64,000 nucleotides of DNA from Nannocystis bainbridge. Lineage in GTDB: Bacteria; Myxococcota_A; Polyangia; Nannocystales; Nannocystaceae. The position numbers were made by a program, and so were the translations under genes. The stretch is taken from assembly GCF_028368995.1 (NCBI RefSeq), contig NZ_JAQNDL010000005.1, positions 576,001-640,000 on the forward strand, read 5' to 3'. Each line of letters starts with the position of its first letter. Positions within the stretch are counted from its first letter, which is position 1. Shown in pieces: positions 1 through 9,533 of this stretch. The notes below the pieces were generated by a model. That model was not told the DNA's origin and ran no database searches. It saw only the letters and a program-made list of their open reading frames with translations.

Positions 1-136
1 CTCGAAGTGCCGACTCCGGCGACCGCGATCGCCGGGCACCATTCCTCTCCTTCTATTAATTCCGATCGACCACGCCATGTTCGGGGCTCGATCGCGCCGC
101 GCGACTCCGACCGCCGGCCGGTCTGCGGCGCGAACC

Positions 137-158
137 CACATGTCCCGAAGTTCATGTG
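137..158. repeat. 14-bp-period GACATGTC array (2 units)
   Basis: cacatgtc-ccgaag-ttcatgtg, about 155 bp upstream of the first CDS. Confidence 0.6.
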
Positions 159-312
159 GCCCCCGCGCTCCTCCGGCCGATCGATCGAATCGTCATCTCC
201 GCGGACTCATTCTCCGCGTTGACGCGTTCAGGTCGGCCCCGCGTTCGCGCCGCGCCTCGCGGTCGCGGCGTGGGTTGCTCGTATCCAATCGGTCGATCGG
301 AGTAGAAAACAG

Positions 313-2655
313 ATGGAGAAGATGAAAACCCTCGCGGCTCGTCGCGCGTACCCGTGTGCGCTTGCGACGGCCCTGTACCTCCTGGCCACCGGATGTGACG
401 GTGGCGTCGAAGTCTCGATCCACATTACCAGCCCTGCCCCCGAGCCTCCTTGTGGCGACGGCGAGATCGGGCCCGGCGAAGAATGCGACGAAGGGGCCGA
501 AAACGGCGACGACGCCGCCTGCAAGCTCGATTGCAGCCTCAACGTCTGCGGCGACGGCCACGTCGGTCCGGGCGAGGCCTGCGACGACGGCGACGACGAC
601 GACGACGACGAATGCAGCAACGCCTGCGCGTTCGGCCCGTCCTGCGGCGACGGCGTCGTCCAGCCTGGCGAGGCCTGCGACGACGGCAACGACATCGACG
701 ACGACGCCTGCAACAACGCCTGCGTCCTCGCCACCTGCGGCGACGGCATCGTCCAGATCGGCGAGGCCTGCGACGACGGCAACGCCGTCGACACCGACCT
801 CTGTACCAGCGCGTGCGCGCCCGCCAGCTGCGGCGACGGCTTCATCCAGCCTGGCGAGGGCTGCGACGACGGCGACGTCAACGGCGCGGGCGCAGCCTGT
901 CGCGCCGACTGCCAGCCCAACGTCTGCGGCGACGGCGACATCGGCCCTGGCGAGGCCTGCGACAACGGCCCGAGCAACGCCGACCACGCCGCCTGCAAGC
1001 TCGACTGCAGCCTCAATTTCTGCGGTGACGGCCACGTCGGCCCGATGGAGGGCTGCGACGACGGCAACGACATCGACGACGACGCCTGCAGCGACGCCTG
1101 CGTGGCCGCCGAGTGCGGCGACGGCGTCGTCCAGGCCACCGAGGCCTGCGACGACGGCAACGGCGACGACACCGACGCCTGCACCAGCGCCTGCACCGCG
1201 GCCGCCTGCGGCGACGGCTTCGTCCAGGCCGGCGAGGCCTGCGACGACGGCAATGACAACAGCGACGGCGGCGATTGCACGCTCGCCTGCGCCGTCGCCA
1301 CCTGCGGAGACGGCCTCGTCCACGATCAGGGGGGCGGCGGCGAGCAGTGCGACGACGGCCTCGCCAACGGCCCCGGCCACGCCTGCCTCGCCGGTTGCCA
1401 GGCCAACGTCTGCGGCGACGGCGACCTCGGACCCGGCGAGGCCTGCGACGACGGCAACCTCGTCGGCGGCGACGGCTGCGGCCCGATGTGCACCCACGAG
1501 GCCTGCGGCAACGAGATCGTCGACGCCCTCGAGCAGTGCGACGACGGCATGGACGGCGACCCGGACGACGGCTGCACCGACGCGTGCATGCTCCCGAGCT
1601 GCGGCGACGGCGTCCTGCAGATCAACGCCGGCGAGCAGTGCGACGACGGCCCCGGCAACAGCGACGCCGGCGAATGCACCGCTGGGTGCACCGTCGCCAC
1701 CTGCGGCGACGGCCACGTCCAGCTCGCGGTCGAGCAGTGCGACGACGGCCCCGGCAACGCCAACACCGGCGCCTGCAAGCTCGACTGCACCCTCGGCTAC
1801 TGCGGCGACGGCTACGTCGGCCCCGGCGAGGCCTGCGACGACGCCGACGCCATCGACAACGACACCTGCAACAACGCGTGCAAGCTGCAGACCTGCGGCG
1901 ACGGCCTCAAGCAGGGCACCGAGCCGTGCGACCTCGGCCCGCTCAACAGCAACACCGGCGCGTGCACCCTCGCCTGCACCCTCGCCGTCTGCGGCGACGG
2001 CTTCGCCCACGAGGGCGTCGAGCCGTGCGACGACGGCAACGCCAACAACACCGACGCCTGCCTGATCGGCTGCGTCGCGGCCACCTGCGGCGACGGCTTC
2101 CTGCGCGCCGGCGTCGAGGCCTGCGACGACGGCAACAACCTCGACGGCGACATGTGCAACGCCGACTGCACCCGGCCCAAGCGCGTGTTCATCACCAGCA
2201 CCACCTACAGCGGCGCCATGGGCAATTACCTCGGCACAAAGAGCAGGTGCCAGACGCGCGCCACCGCGGCCGGCCTGACCGGCACCTGGGACGCCTGGAT
2301 CAGCGTCGCCAGCAGCAGCCCTGTGCTCCGCTTCGTCAAGTCGACGACGCATTACGCCCGCCTCGACGGGACCGAGATCGCCCAGTCGTGGGCCGACCTC
2401 ACTGACGGCAGCATCGACGCGCCGATCAACCTCGACGAATTCGGCGTCCTCGTGCCGACCGCCGGTGTGTGGACCGGCACCTCGGCCACCGGCACCCCGC
2501 TGTCCGACAACTGCAACAGTTGGTCCAACAACTTCTCCAGCGGCAAGGGATACGACGGCCGCAACGACGCCACCGACTTCAACTGGACCGCCCGCTCGCT
2601 CGGCCTGTCGAGCAACTGCTCGATCCTCCAGCGGCTGTACTGCTTCGAGCAGTGA
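313..2655 (+). CDS. Myxococcus Cys-rich repeat (DUF4215) lipoprotein with C-terminal DUF1554/C-type-lectin-like domain, paralog 1
   Basis: Lipobox LATGC; 18 CGDG..E.CDDGN..C...C repeats; C-terminal RVFITS...WTG...RLYCFEQ head; strong GC3 bias. Confidence 0.9.
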   Translation: MEKMKTLAARRAYPCALATALYLLATGCDGGVEVSIHITSPAPEPPCGDGEIGPGEECDEGAENGDDAACKLDCSLNVCGDGHVGPGEACDDGDDDDDDECSNACAFGPSCGDGVVQPGEACDDGNDIDDDACNNACVLATCGDGIVQIGEACDDGNAVDTDLCTSACAPASCGDGFIQPGEGCDDGDVNGAGAACRADCQPNVCGDGDIGPGEACDNGPSNADHAACKLDCSLNFCGDGHVGPMEGCDDGNDIDDDACSDACVAAECGDGVVQATEACDDGNGDDTDACTSACTAAACGDGFVQAGEACDDGNDNSDGGDCTLACAVATCGDGLVHDQGGGGEQCDDGLANGPGHACLAGCQANVCGDGDLGPGEACDDGNLVGGDGCGPMCTHEACGNEIVDALEQCDDGMDGDPDDGCTDACMLPSCGDGVLQINAGEQCDDGPGNSDAGECTAGCTVATCGDGHVQLAVEQCDDGPGNANTGACKLDCTLGYCGDGYVGPGEACDDADAIDNDTCNNACKLQTCGDGLKQGTEPCDLGPLNSNTGACTLACTLAVCGDGFAHEGVEPCDDGNANNTDACLIGCVAATCGDGFLRAGVEACDDGNNLDGDMCNADCTRPKRVFITSTTYSGAMGNYLGTKSRCQTRATAAGLTGTWDAWISVASSSPVLRFVKSTTHYARLDGTEIAQSWADLTDGSIDAPINLDEFGVLVPTAGVWTGTSATGTPLSDNCNSWSNNFSSGKGYDGRNDATDFNWTARSLGLSSNCSILQRLYCFEQ

Positions 2656-2695
2656 CCCTACCCGCGCCATCGACGACTCTGGAGATTTCACAGTC

Positions 2696-4951
2696 ATGAC
2701 CATGAAGCTTCACTCCGTTCATTCCCTGCGCGCGGGCCTGCTCGCGGCCGGGCTGCTGCTCGCGGCCTCCGGCTGCGACAGCGCCCTCGACGTCGCCGTC
2801 GACATCAACGTCTCCTCCGGCGGCTCCGCCGGCAGCGCCTGCGGCGACGACCAAATCGGCCCCGGCGAGCAATGCGACGACGGCCCCGAGAACGGCCCCG
2901 GCAAGGCCTGCCTCGCCGATTGCCAGACCAACGTCTGCGGCGACGGCGACATCGGCCCCGGCGAGCTGTGCGACGACGGCGACGACAACGGCTTCGACGC
3001 CCCCTGCACCGATCAATGCCAGCCGGCCGCCTGCGGCGACGGCTTCGTCGGCCCTGGCGAGACTTGCGACGACGGCAACGCCATCGACACCGACCTCTGC
3101 ACCTCCGCCTGTCTGCCCGCCGCCTGCGGCGACGGCTTCCATCAATCCGCGGTCGGCGAGCAATGCGACGACGGCGGCGCCAACGGCCCCTCCGGCGCAT
3201 GTCGCAGCAATTGCACGACCAACGTCTGCGGCGACGGCGACATCGGCCCCGGCGAATCATGCGACAACGGCCCGAGCAACGCCAATAACGCCGCCTGCAA
3301 GCTCGACTGCGCCCTCGGCGTGTGCGGCGACGGCCACGTCGGCCCGATGGAGGGCTGCGACGACGGCAACGCCATCGACCTCGACGCCTGCAGCAACACC
3401 TGCGTCGCCGCCACCTGCGGCGACGGCCTGGTCCAGGCCACCGAGGCCTGTGACGACGGCAACGCCAGCGACACCGACCTGTGCACCACCGCCTGCACCC
3501 CCGCCGCCTGCGGCGACGGCCACCTGCAGCCCGGCGAGGCCTGCGACGACGGCAATGACAACAGCAACGGCGGCGACTGCACCCTCGCCTGCGCGCTCGC
3601 GGCCTGCGGCGACGGCCTCCTCCACGCCCAGGGCGGCGGCGGCGAAGAATGCGACGAGGGCCTCGCCAATGGCCCCGGCCACGCCTGCCTCGCCGACTGT
3701 CAGCTCAACGTCTGCGGCGACGGCGACCTCGGCCCCGGCGAGGCCTGCGACGACGGCAACCTCACCGCCGGCGACGGCTGCAGCCCCGTATGCGCCCTCG
3801 AGGGCTGCGGCAACGGCGTCGTCGATCCGGGCGAGCCGTGCGACGACGGAGCCGACGGCGATCAGAACGACGGCTGCACCGACGCCTGCACCCTGCCGGT
3901 GTGCGGCGACGGCCTCGTCCAGCCGAGCATCGGCGAGCAGTGCGACGCCGGCCCGGGCAACAGCAACAGCGGCGCCTGCACCCTGACCTGCAAGCACGCC
4001 ACCTGCGGCGACGGCCACGTGCGGCTCGCGGTCGAACAGTGCGACCAGGGCGCGGCCAACGGCAACGACAAGCCGTGCAAGCTCGACTGCACCGGCGCCG
4101 TGTGTGGCGACGGCGTGGTCGGCCCCGGCGAGGCCTGCGACGACGCCGACGAGGACGACGACGACGAGTGCACCAGCGCGTGCAAGGCCATGACCTGCGG
4201 CGACGGCGAGGTCCAGGTCGGCGAGCAGTGCGACGACGGCCCCGCCAACGACAACCTCGGCGCCTGCACCCTGTTCTGCCTCGAGGCCAGCTGCGGCGAC
4301 GGCTTCCTCCAGACCGGCGAGGCCTGCGACGACGGTGACGGCGACGACGGCGACGCCTGCCGCACCAACTGCGAGGCCGCCACCTGCGGCGACGGCGTGG
4401 TGTGGGTCGGCCACGAGCAGTGCGACGACGCCAACGACGACGACACCGACGCTTGCAAGTCCGACTGCACCGTGCCGAAGCGCGTGTTCGTCACCGCCGT
4501 CACCTACAACGGCAACCTCGGCGGCCTCGTCGGCGGCAAGGCCAAGTGCCAGGCCCGCGCCGACGCGGCCGACCTCGGCGGCACCTGGGACGCGTGGTTC
4601 GGCGTCACCAACAGCTCTCCGGCGACGCGCTTCGTCAAGGCGGCCGGCGGCTATCGTCGCCTCGACGGCGTGGTCGTGGCCGACAATTGGGCCGACCTGA
4701 TCGACGGCAGCCTCGACGCGCCCATCAACGTCAACGAGTTCGGCGGCCTCGCCGGCGCCCAGGGCGTGTGGACCGGCACCCTGCAGACCGGCGTGGTGAC
4801 CGGCTCCCGCTGCAACGACTGGACCTACGGCGCGGCCGAGCTGTGGGGCGCGTACGAGGGTCGCACCAACCTCGTCGACGTCGGCTGGACCTACCTCGGG
4901 GCGCAGGTCCTTTGCAACCAGCAGCGCCGCCTCTACTGCTTCGAACAATGA
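2696..4951 (+). CDS. DUF4215 repeat lipoprotein with lectin-like head, paralog 2
   Basis: GGAG at 2681, ATG 2696 (alternative 2702); lipobox AASGC; 17 repeats; RVFVT...RLYCFEQ head. Confidence 0.9.
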   Translation: MTMKLHSVHSLRAGLLAAGLLLAASGCDSALDVAVDINVSSGGSAGSACGDDQIGPGEQCDDGPENGPGKACLADCQTNVCGDGDIGPGELCDDGDDNGFDAPCTDQCQPAACGDGFVGPGETCDDGNAIDTDLCTSACLPAACGDGFHQSAVGEQCDDGGANGPSGACRSNCTTNVCGDGDIGPGESCDNGPSNANNAACKLDCALGVCGDGHVGPMEGCDDGNAIDLDACSNTCVAATCGDGLVQATEACDDGNASDTDLCTTACTPAACGDGHLQPGEACDDGNDNSNGGDCTLACALAACGDGLLHAQGGGGEECDEGLANGPGHACLADCQLNVCGDGDLGPGEACDDGNLTAGDGCSPVCALEGCGNGVVDPGEPCDDGADGDQNDGCTDACTLPVCGDGLVQPSIGEQCDAGPGNSNSGACTLTCKHATCGDGHVRLAVEQCDQGAANGNDKPCKLDCTGAVCGDGVVGPGEACDDADEDDDDECTSACKAMTCGDGEVQVGEQCDDGPANDNLGACTLFCLEASCGDGFLQTGEACDDGDGDDGDACRTNCEAATCGDGVVWVGHEQCDDANDDDTDACKSDCTVPKRVFVTAVTYNGNLGGLVGGKAKCQARADAADLGGTWDAWFGVTNSSPATRFVKAAGGYRRLDGVVVADNWADLIDGSLDAPINVNEFGGLAGAQGVWTGTLQTGVVTGSRCNDWTYGAAELWGAYEGRTNLVDVGWTYLGAQVLCNQQRRLYCFEQ

Positions 4952-4983
4952 CCCGCGCGACCCAGAATCACAGGAGAATCGAC

Positions 4984-7341
4984 ATGACCCACTCTTTCAT
5001 TCGTACTACTGGTATTCGCGCGGGCCTGTTCACCGGCGCCCTGCTGCTCGCGGCCGCCGGCTGCGACGCCGACGTCGGCGTCAACCTCGACGTCGAGCCC
5101 CCGAACCTCACCGGCGGCGGCAGCGGCGGCGGCAACCTCAGCGTGTGCGGCGACGGCCAGCTCGGCTACGGCGAGGAGTGCGACCTCGGCGTCGCCAACG
5201 GCCCCGGCAGCGCGTGTCGCACCAATTGCCTGCTCAACGTCTGCGGCGACCACGAGGTCGGCGCCTACGAGGAGTGCGACCTCGGCCAGGCCAACGGCGA
5301 CGACAAGGCCTGCACCGCCGAGTGTCTGCTCGCCACCTGCGGCGACGGCCTGCTCGGCCCCGGCGAGCCGTGCGACGACGGCAACGGCGTCGACGGCGAC
5401 GCCTGCACCAACGCCTGCACCCTGCCCGACTGCGGCGACGGCATCATCCAGGTGCTCGAGGCCTGCGACGACGGCAACACCGTCGACGACGACGCCTGCA
5501 GCAACGTCTGCGTCGCGGCCGTGTGCGGCGACGGCGACCTGCAGCCCGGCGCCGGCGAGCAGTGCGACAACGGCCCGGCCAACGGCCCCGCCGCCGCCTG
5601 TCGCGCCAATTGTCTGCTCAACACCTGCGGTGACGGCAACCTCGGCCCCGGCGAGGCCTGCGACAACGGGGTCAACAACGCCGACCACGCCGCCTGCAAG
5701 CTCGATTGCACGATCGGCGTGTGCGGCGACGGCCACGTCGGGCCGATGGAGGGCTGCGACGACGGCAACGCCGTCAACAACGACGCCTGCTCCAACGCGT
5801 GCAAGCTCCCGACCTGCGGCGACGCCATCGTCCAGGCCACCGAGGCCTGCGACGACGGCAACAAGTCCAACACCGACAACTGCACCAACACCTGCACGGC
5901 CAAGGCCTGCGGCGACGGCTACTCCCAGCCCGGCGAGAGCTGCGACCTGGGCGCCAACAACAGCAACGGCAACATCTGCACGCTCAGCTGCAAGTACGCG
6001 ACCTGCGGCGACGGCCTCCTCTACAACCAGGGCAGCGGCACCGAGCAGTGCGACAACGGCCCCAACAACGGCGCCAACAAGGCCTGCCTCGCCAACTGCA
6101 AGATCAATATCTGCGGCAACGGCGATCGCGGCCCCGGCGAGGCCTGCGACGACGGCAACCTCGTCAGCGGCGACGGCTGCAGCTCGCTGTGCGCGATCGA
6201 GGCCTGCGGCAATGGCATCGTCGATCAGGGCGAGCAGTGCGACGACGGCATGGATCACGATCAGGACGACGGGTGCACCGACCTGTGCCGCTTCCCCGCG
6301 TGCGGCGACGGCTTCACCCAGGCGAGCCTCGGCGAGACCTGCGACGCCGCCAATGTCAACAGCGACAGCGGCGCGTGCACGCTGAGCTGCAAGCTCGCGA
6401 CCTGCGGCGACGGCCACCTGCAGCTCGGCGTCGAGCAGTGCGACGGCGGCGACGACAACGGCGAGGACCAGCCCTGCAAGCCCGACTGCACCGGCGGCAT
6501 CTGCGGCGACGGCTTCGTCTCACCGACCGAGCCGTGCGACGACGCCAACCTCGTCAACGAGGACGGCTGCACCAACGTCTGCAAGCTGCCGACCTGCGGC
6601 GACGGCTTCCTGCAGGCCGGCGAGCCGTGCGACGAGGGCGAGGCCAACGACAACGGCGGCACCTGCACCCTCGCGTGCACCCTGCCCGCCTGCGGCGACG
6701 GCTTCCTTCAGGCCGGCGAGGCCTGCGACGACGGCAACCTCGTGCAGACCGACGACTGCCTCAACAACTGCCAGCTGCCGGTGTGCGGCGACGGCTTCGT
6801 GTGGGCCGGCCACGAGACCTGCGAGGACCTCAACACCGCCGAGGCCGACGGCTGCTTCGCCTGCACCGCCGCCCGGCGCGTGTTCGTCACCAGCACCTTC
6901 TACGACGGCAACCTCGGCGGCCTCGCCGGCGCCGCCGCGAAGTGCCAGGAGCGCGCCCTCGCGGCCGGCCTCGGCGGCACCTGGGACGTCTGGCTCAGCA
7001 CCGACGAGAGCACCCCGCTGGCCCGCCTGGTGCCGTCCCTCGCCGGCTACCGGCGGCGCGACAGCGTCATCGTCGCCAACACGTTCGCCGACCTGACCGA
7101 CGGCACCGTCGACATCGCCATCAACGTGACCGAGACCCTGTCCTCGGTCGCGGCCTCGGACGTGTGGACCGGCACCACCTCCGCCGGCCTCCTGGCGACC
7201 CACCACTGCTCCAACTGGACGAGCAACAACGCCGCCCTGTCGGGCCGGATCGGCCGCACCAGCCTGACCAACCTCGGTTGGACCGACTCGACGGTCGGCG
7301 CCTGCAACACCGCCCGTCGCCTGTACTGCGTCGAGCTCTGA
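4984..7341 (+). CDS. DUF4215 repeat lipoprotein with lectin-like head, paralog 3
   Basis: AGGAG before ATG 4984 (an in-frame ATG at 4948 overlaps the upstream stop); lipobox AAAGC; 18 repeats; RVFVTS...RLYCVEL head. Confidence 0.9.
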   Translation: MTHSFIRTTGIRAGLFTGALLLAAAGCDADVGVNLDVEPPNLTGGGSGGGNLSVCGDGQLGYGEECDLGVANGPGSACRTNCLLNVCGDHEVGAYEECDLGQANGDDKACTAECLLATCGDGLLGPGEPCDDGNGVDGDACTNACTLPDCGDGIIQVLEACDDGNTVDDDACSNVCVAAVCGDGDLQPGAGEQCDNGPANGPAAACRANCLLNTCGDGNLGPGEACDNGVNNADHAACKLDCTIGVCGDGHVGPMEGCDDGNAVNNDACSNACKLPTCGDAIVQATEACDDGNKSNTDNCTNTCTAKACGDGYSQPGESCDLGANNSNGNICTLSCKYATCGDGLLYNQGSGTEQCDNGPNNGANKACLANCKINICGNGDRGPGEACDDGNLVSGDGCSSLCAIEACGNGIVDQGEQCDDGMDHDQDDGCTDLCRFPACGDGFTQASLGETCDAANVNSDSGACTLSCKLATCGDGHLQLGVEQCDGGDDNGEDQPCKPDCTGGICGDGFVSPTEPCDDANLVNEDGCTNVCKLPTCGDGFLQAGEPCDEGEANDNGGTCTLACTLPACGDGFLQAGEACDDGNLVQTDDCLNNCQLPVCGDGFVWAGHETCEDLNTAEADGCFACTAARRVFVTSTFYDGNLGGLAGAAAKCQERALAAGLGGTWDVWLSTDESTPLARLVPSLAGYRRRDSVIVANTFADLTDGTVDIAINVTETLSSVAASDVWTGTTSAGLLATHHCSNWTSNNAALSGRIGRTSLTNLGWTDSTVGACNTARRLYCVEL

Positions 7342-7764
7342 GCGCCGCGCCCGCGCGAGGCGACTGCCGGCACTCTCGGGTGACCGGCAGTTCGTCTTTC
7401 GCCGGCCGCCGGGACCGCGAAGATCATCCTCTACACGATCGACCTGCGGAGCGCCGCGAGAGCGCGCGGAGGAGCGCCTCGTCCGACGGCTGCAGACCGC
7501 TCGCGCGCTGTCGTCGCGCCCGGTGTGCCCGGATCTCGCCGAGGCTCGCGCACTCGCGGTCGAAGTCTCCGCCCTTCGTGTGTGGCGAAGGCCCGACGCG
7601 CGGGTTCGACGGCATGGGAACCCCTCGATCGATCGCCCCTGGACTTCACCTTGCCGCGCGCGTCCGCATCGCCCCGGTCCCCGAATGGTCGACCTCGCGC
7701 CTCGGCGCGACCTCTCGCCGCGAAATCACGGAGCCCGTCGGGACGATGGTGTTAGTATCCGCCG

Positions 7765-9357
7765 ATGCTCTGTTCGCGTGCCTTGGTGGTCCTCTCATCG
7801 TTCGTCCTCTCTTCCCTCGTCGTCGCGTGTGGCGACTCCAGCTCCGGACCTACCAGTCAGGCATCCGCGAGCGAGTCCGGCGCCACGGACCCGAGCACCG
7901 GCAGCACCGCCAATCTCCCGACCAGCACCAGCAACGGCACCGACCCGACCACCGACGGTACCAACGGCAACAGCAACAGCGACGGCACCACCACCAGCAC
8001 CAGCACCAGCACCACGACGACTTCGACGACCACCGTCGACCCGTCGACCACCTCGACCGAGACGACGATGGGCGTCGACACGACGACCACCACCGGCGGC
8101 TTCAAGTTCGACCTCGGCCAGCAGGCCGACGTCGACGTCGTCATGCCGGGCAAGGGCTCGTGTCGGCCGTCCGAGACCTACGGCGCCGCTGGCGGCTTCC
8201 CGAAGTACACGGACCCGGCGTTCGCCCCGTTCCTCGAGAAGTCGATCGCCATCGTCACCCACACCGTGCACAACCCGGCGCCGAACGACTTCGCGCTGAC
8301 GATCGTCGACATCTCGGGCGACGCGCCGCCGCCCAACACCAACTACCTCGCGCCGCTCTACCACCACTCGAGCTGGACCTCGGCCAACCTCGGGCGGATC
8401 TTCGGCGTGACGCTCGACTCCGACGGCAACATCTACGTCGCCGCGACGACCGCCTACGGCGCCAACCCGACGCCCGCGGTGATCAAGCGCATCGACAGCG
8501 TCACCGGCGTGATCTCGACCTTCGCCACCCTGCCGAACAACGGCCCCGCGTTCGGCAACCTCAACTATGACTGCGTCAGCGAGACGATCTACGTCAGCAA
8601 CTTCGAGGACGGCCGCATCTACCAGGTCGACCTGAACGGCCAGGTCGTCAGCACCTTCCACCACGCCAGCAAGACGGTGTCGATGGGCCTGCCCAACGAT
8701 CCGGGCGAGCCCAACGGCGCCTACGCCCCGCTCGGCGAGCGCCCGTGGGCCGTGCAGTCCAACGCCGGCCGGCTCTACTACAGCCTGTGGGTCGAGCACA
8801 GCAACATGCCCAACCCGAACCGCGAGAACGAGGTCTGGTCGGTCGGCTACGTCGACGAGACCGGCGTCATCGACCCCAGCACCGCCAAGCTGGAGTTCTC
8901 GCTGCCGACCATCGGCGGCGGCCAGGGCTCGAGCCCGGTGTCCGACATCAGCTTCGCCCAGACCGGCTGGATGCTGGTGGCGCAGCGGACCATGATCCAG
9001 GACAACGTCACCTCGGCCCACCAGTCGACCACGTTCGAGTACGACTACCAGAACGGCCAGTGGGTGTTCCTCGGCACCACCTACGTCGTCGGCGAGCTGC
9101 TGCCCTACAGCGCCTGCGGCGGCGTCGACCACTCGTTCGAGGAGGACGGCTACGTGTGGATGACGGGCGACGCGCTCGACTTCTACACCCCCAACGTCGT
9201 CTACGGCCTGCAGGGCACGCCCTACGGCGGCGGCGGCATCGCCACCAGCACGATCATCGACCTCGACCACGAGATCGTGAACCAGGACAAGGGCATCTAC
9301 GGCGACGTCGAGATCCCGATCCCCGGCGACGCGACCCCGGTGCCCCCGCCGATGTGA
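7765..9357 (+). CDS. Lipoprotein with Thr/Ser-rich linker and probable beta-propeller domain
   Basis: LVVAC lipobox; TTSTST linker; blade-like strands (IFGVTLDSDGNIYVA, IYVSNFEDGRIYQVD); TAGTAT 6 nt upstream of ATG. Confidence 0.85.
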   Translation: MLCSRALVVLSSFVLSSLVVACGDSSSGPTSQASASESGATDPSTGSTANLPTSTSNGTDPTTDGTNGNSNSDGTTTSTSTSTTTTSTTTVDPSTTSTETTMGVDTTTTTGGFKFDLGQQADVDVVMPGKGSCRPSETYGAAGGFPKYTDPAFAPFLEKSIAIVTHTVHNPAPNDFALTIVDISGDAPPPNTNYLAPLYHHSSWTSANLGRIFGVTLDSDGNIYVAATTAYGANPTPAVIKRIDSVTGVISTFATLPNNGPAFGNLNYDCVSETIYVSNFEDGRIYQVDLNGQVVSTFHHASKTVSMGLPNDPGEPNGAYAPLGERPWAVQSNAGRLYYSLWVEHSNMPNPNRENEVWSVGYVDETGVIDPSTAKLEFSLPTIGGGQGSSPVSDISFAQTGWMLVAQRTMIQDNVTSAHQSTTFEYDYQNGQWVFLGTTYVVGELLPYSACGGVDHSFEEDGYVWMTGDALDFYTPNVVYGLQGTPYGGGGIATSTIIDLDHEIVNQDKGIYGDVEIPIPGDATPVPPPM

Positions 9358-9382
9358 TCGGCGCCCACGCGCCGTGAAAGAC

Positions 9383-9417
9383 CGAGGTCCCCTCGCCGCG
9401 CGGCGACGGGGACCTCG
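9383..9417. terminator. GC-rich inverted repeat between convergent genes
   Basis: cgaggtcccc-tcgccgc/gcggcga-c-ggggacctcg; no clear U-tract. Confidence 0.5.
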
Positions 9418-9533
9418 CTCGTTTCGTCGTCCCACCGCGCCCGACGGGTCACCGCGCTCGCGCGACGATGCGGTCCCGCTCGCCGCACGACGGGGACCTC
9501 GCACGAGTCACCGCCGCGCTCGCGCGAACGGCC

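Noticed and set aside
193-7206. Long antisense and alternate-frame ORFs over the repeat genes (similar ones at 33364-36993, 39540-42671, 16749-19376)
   Set aside because: Shadow ORFs caused by high GC3, with Arg/Ala/Val-biased products and no motifs
2170-7341. DGR target hypothesis for the lectin-like heads
   Set aside because: No reverse transcriptase and no near-identical template/variable repeat pair seen in the window
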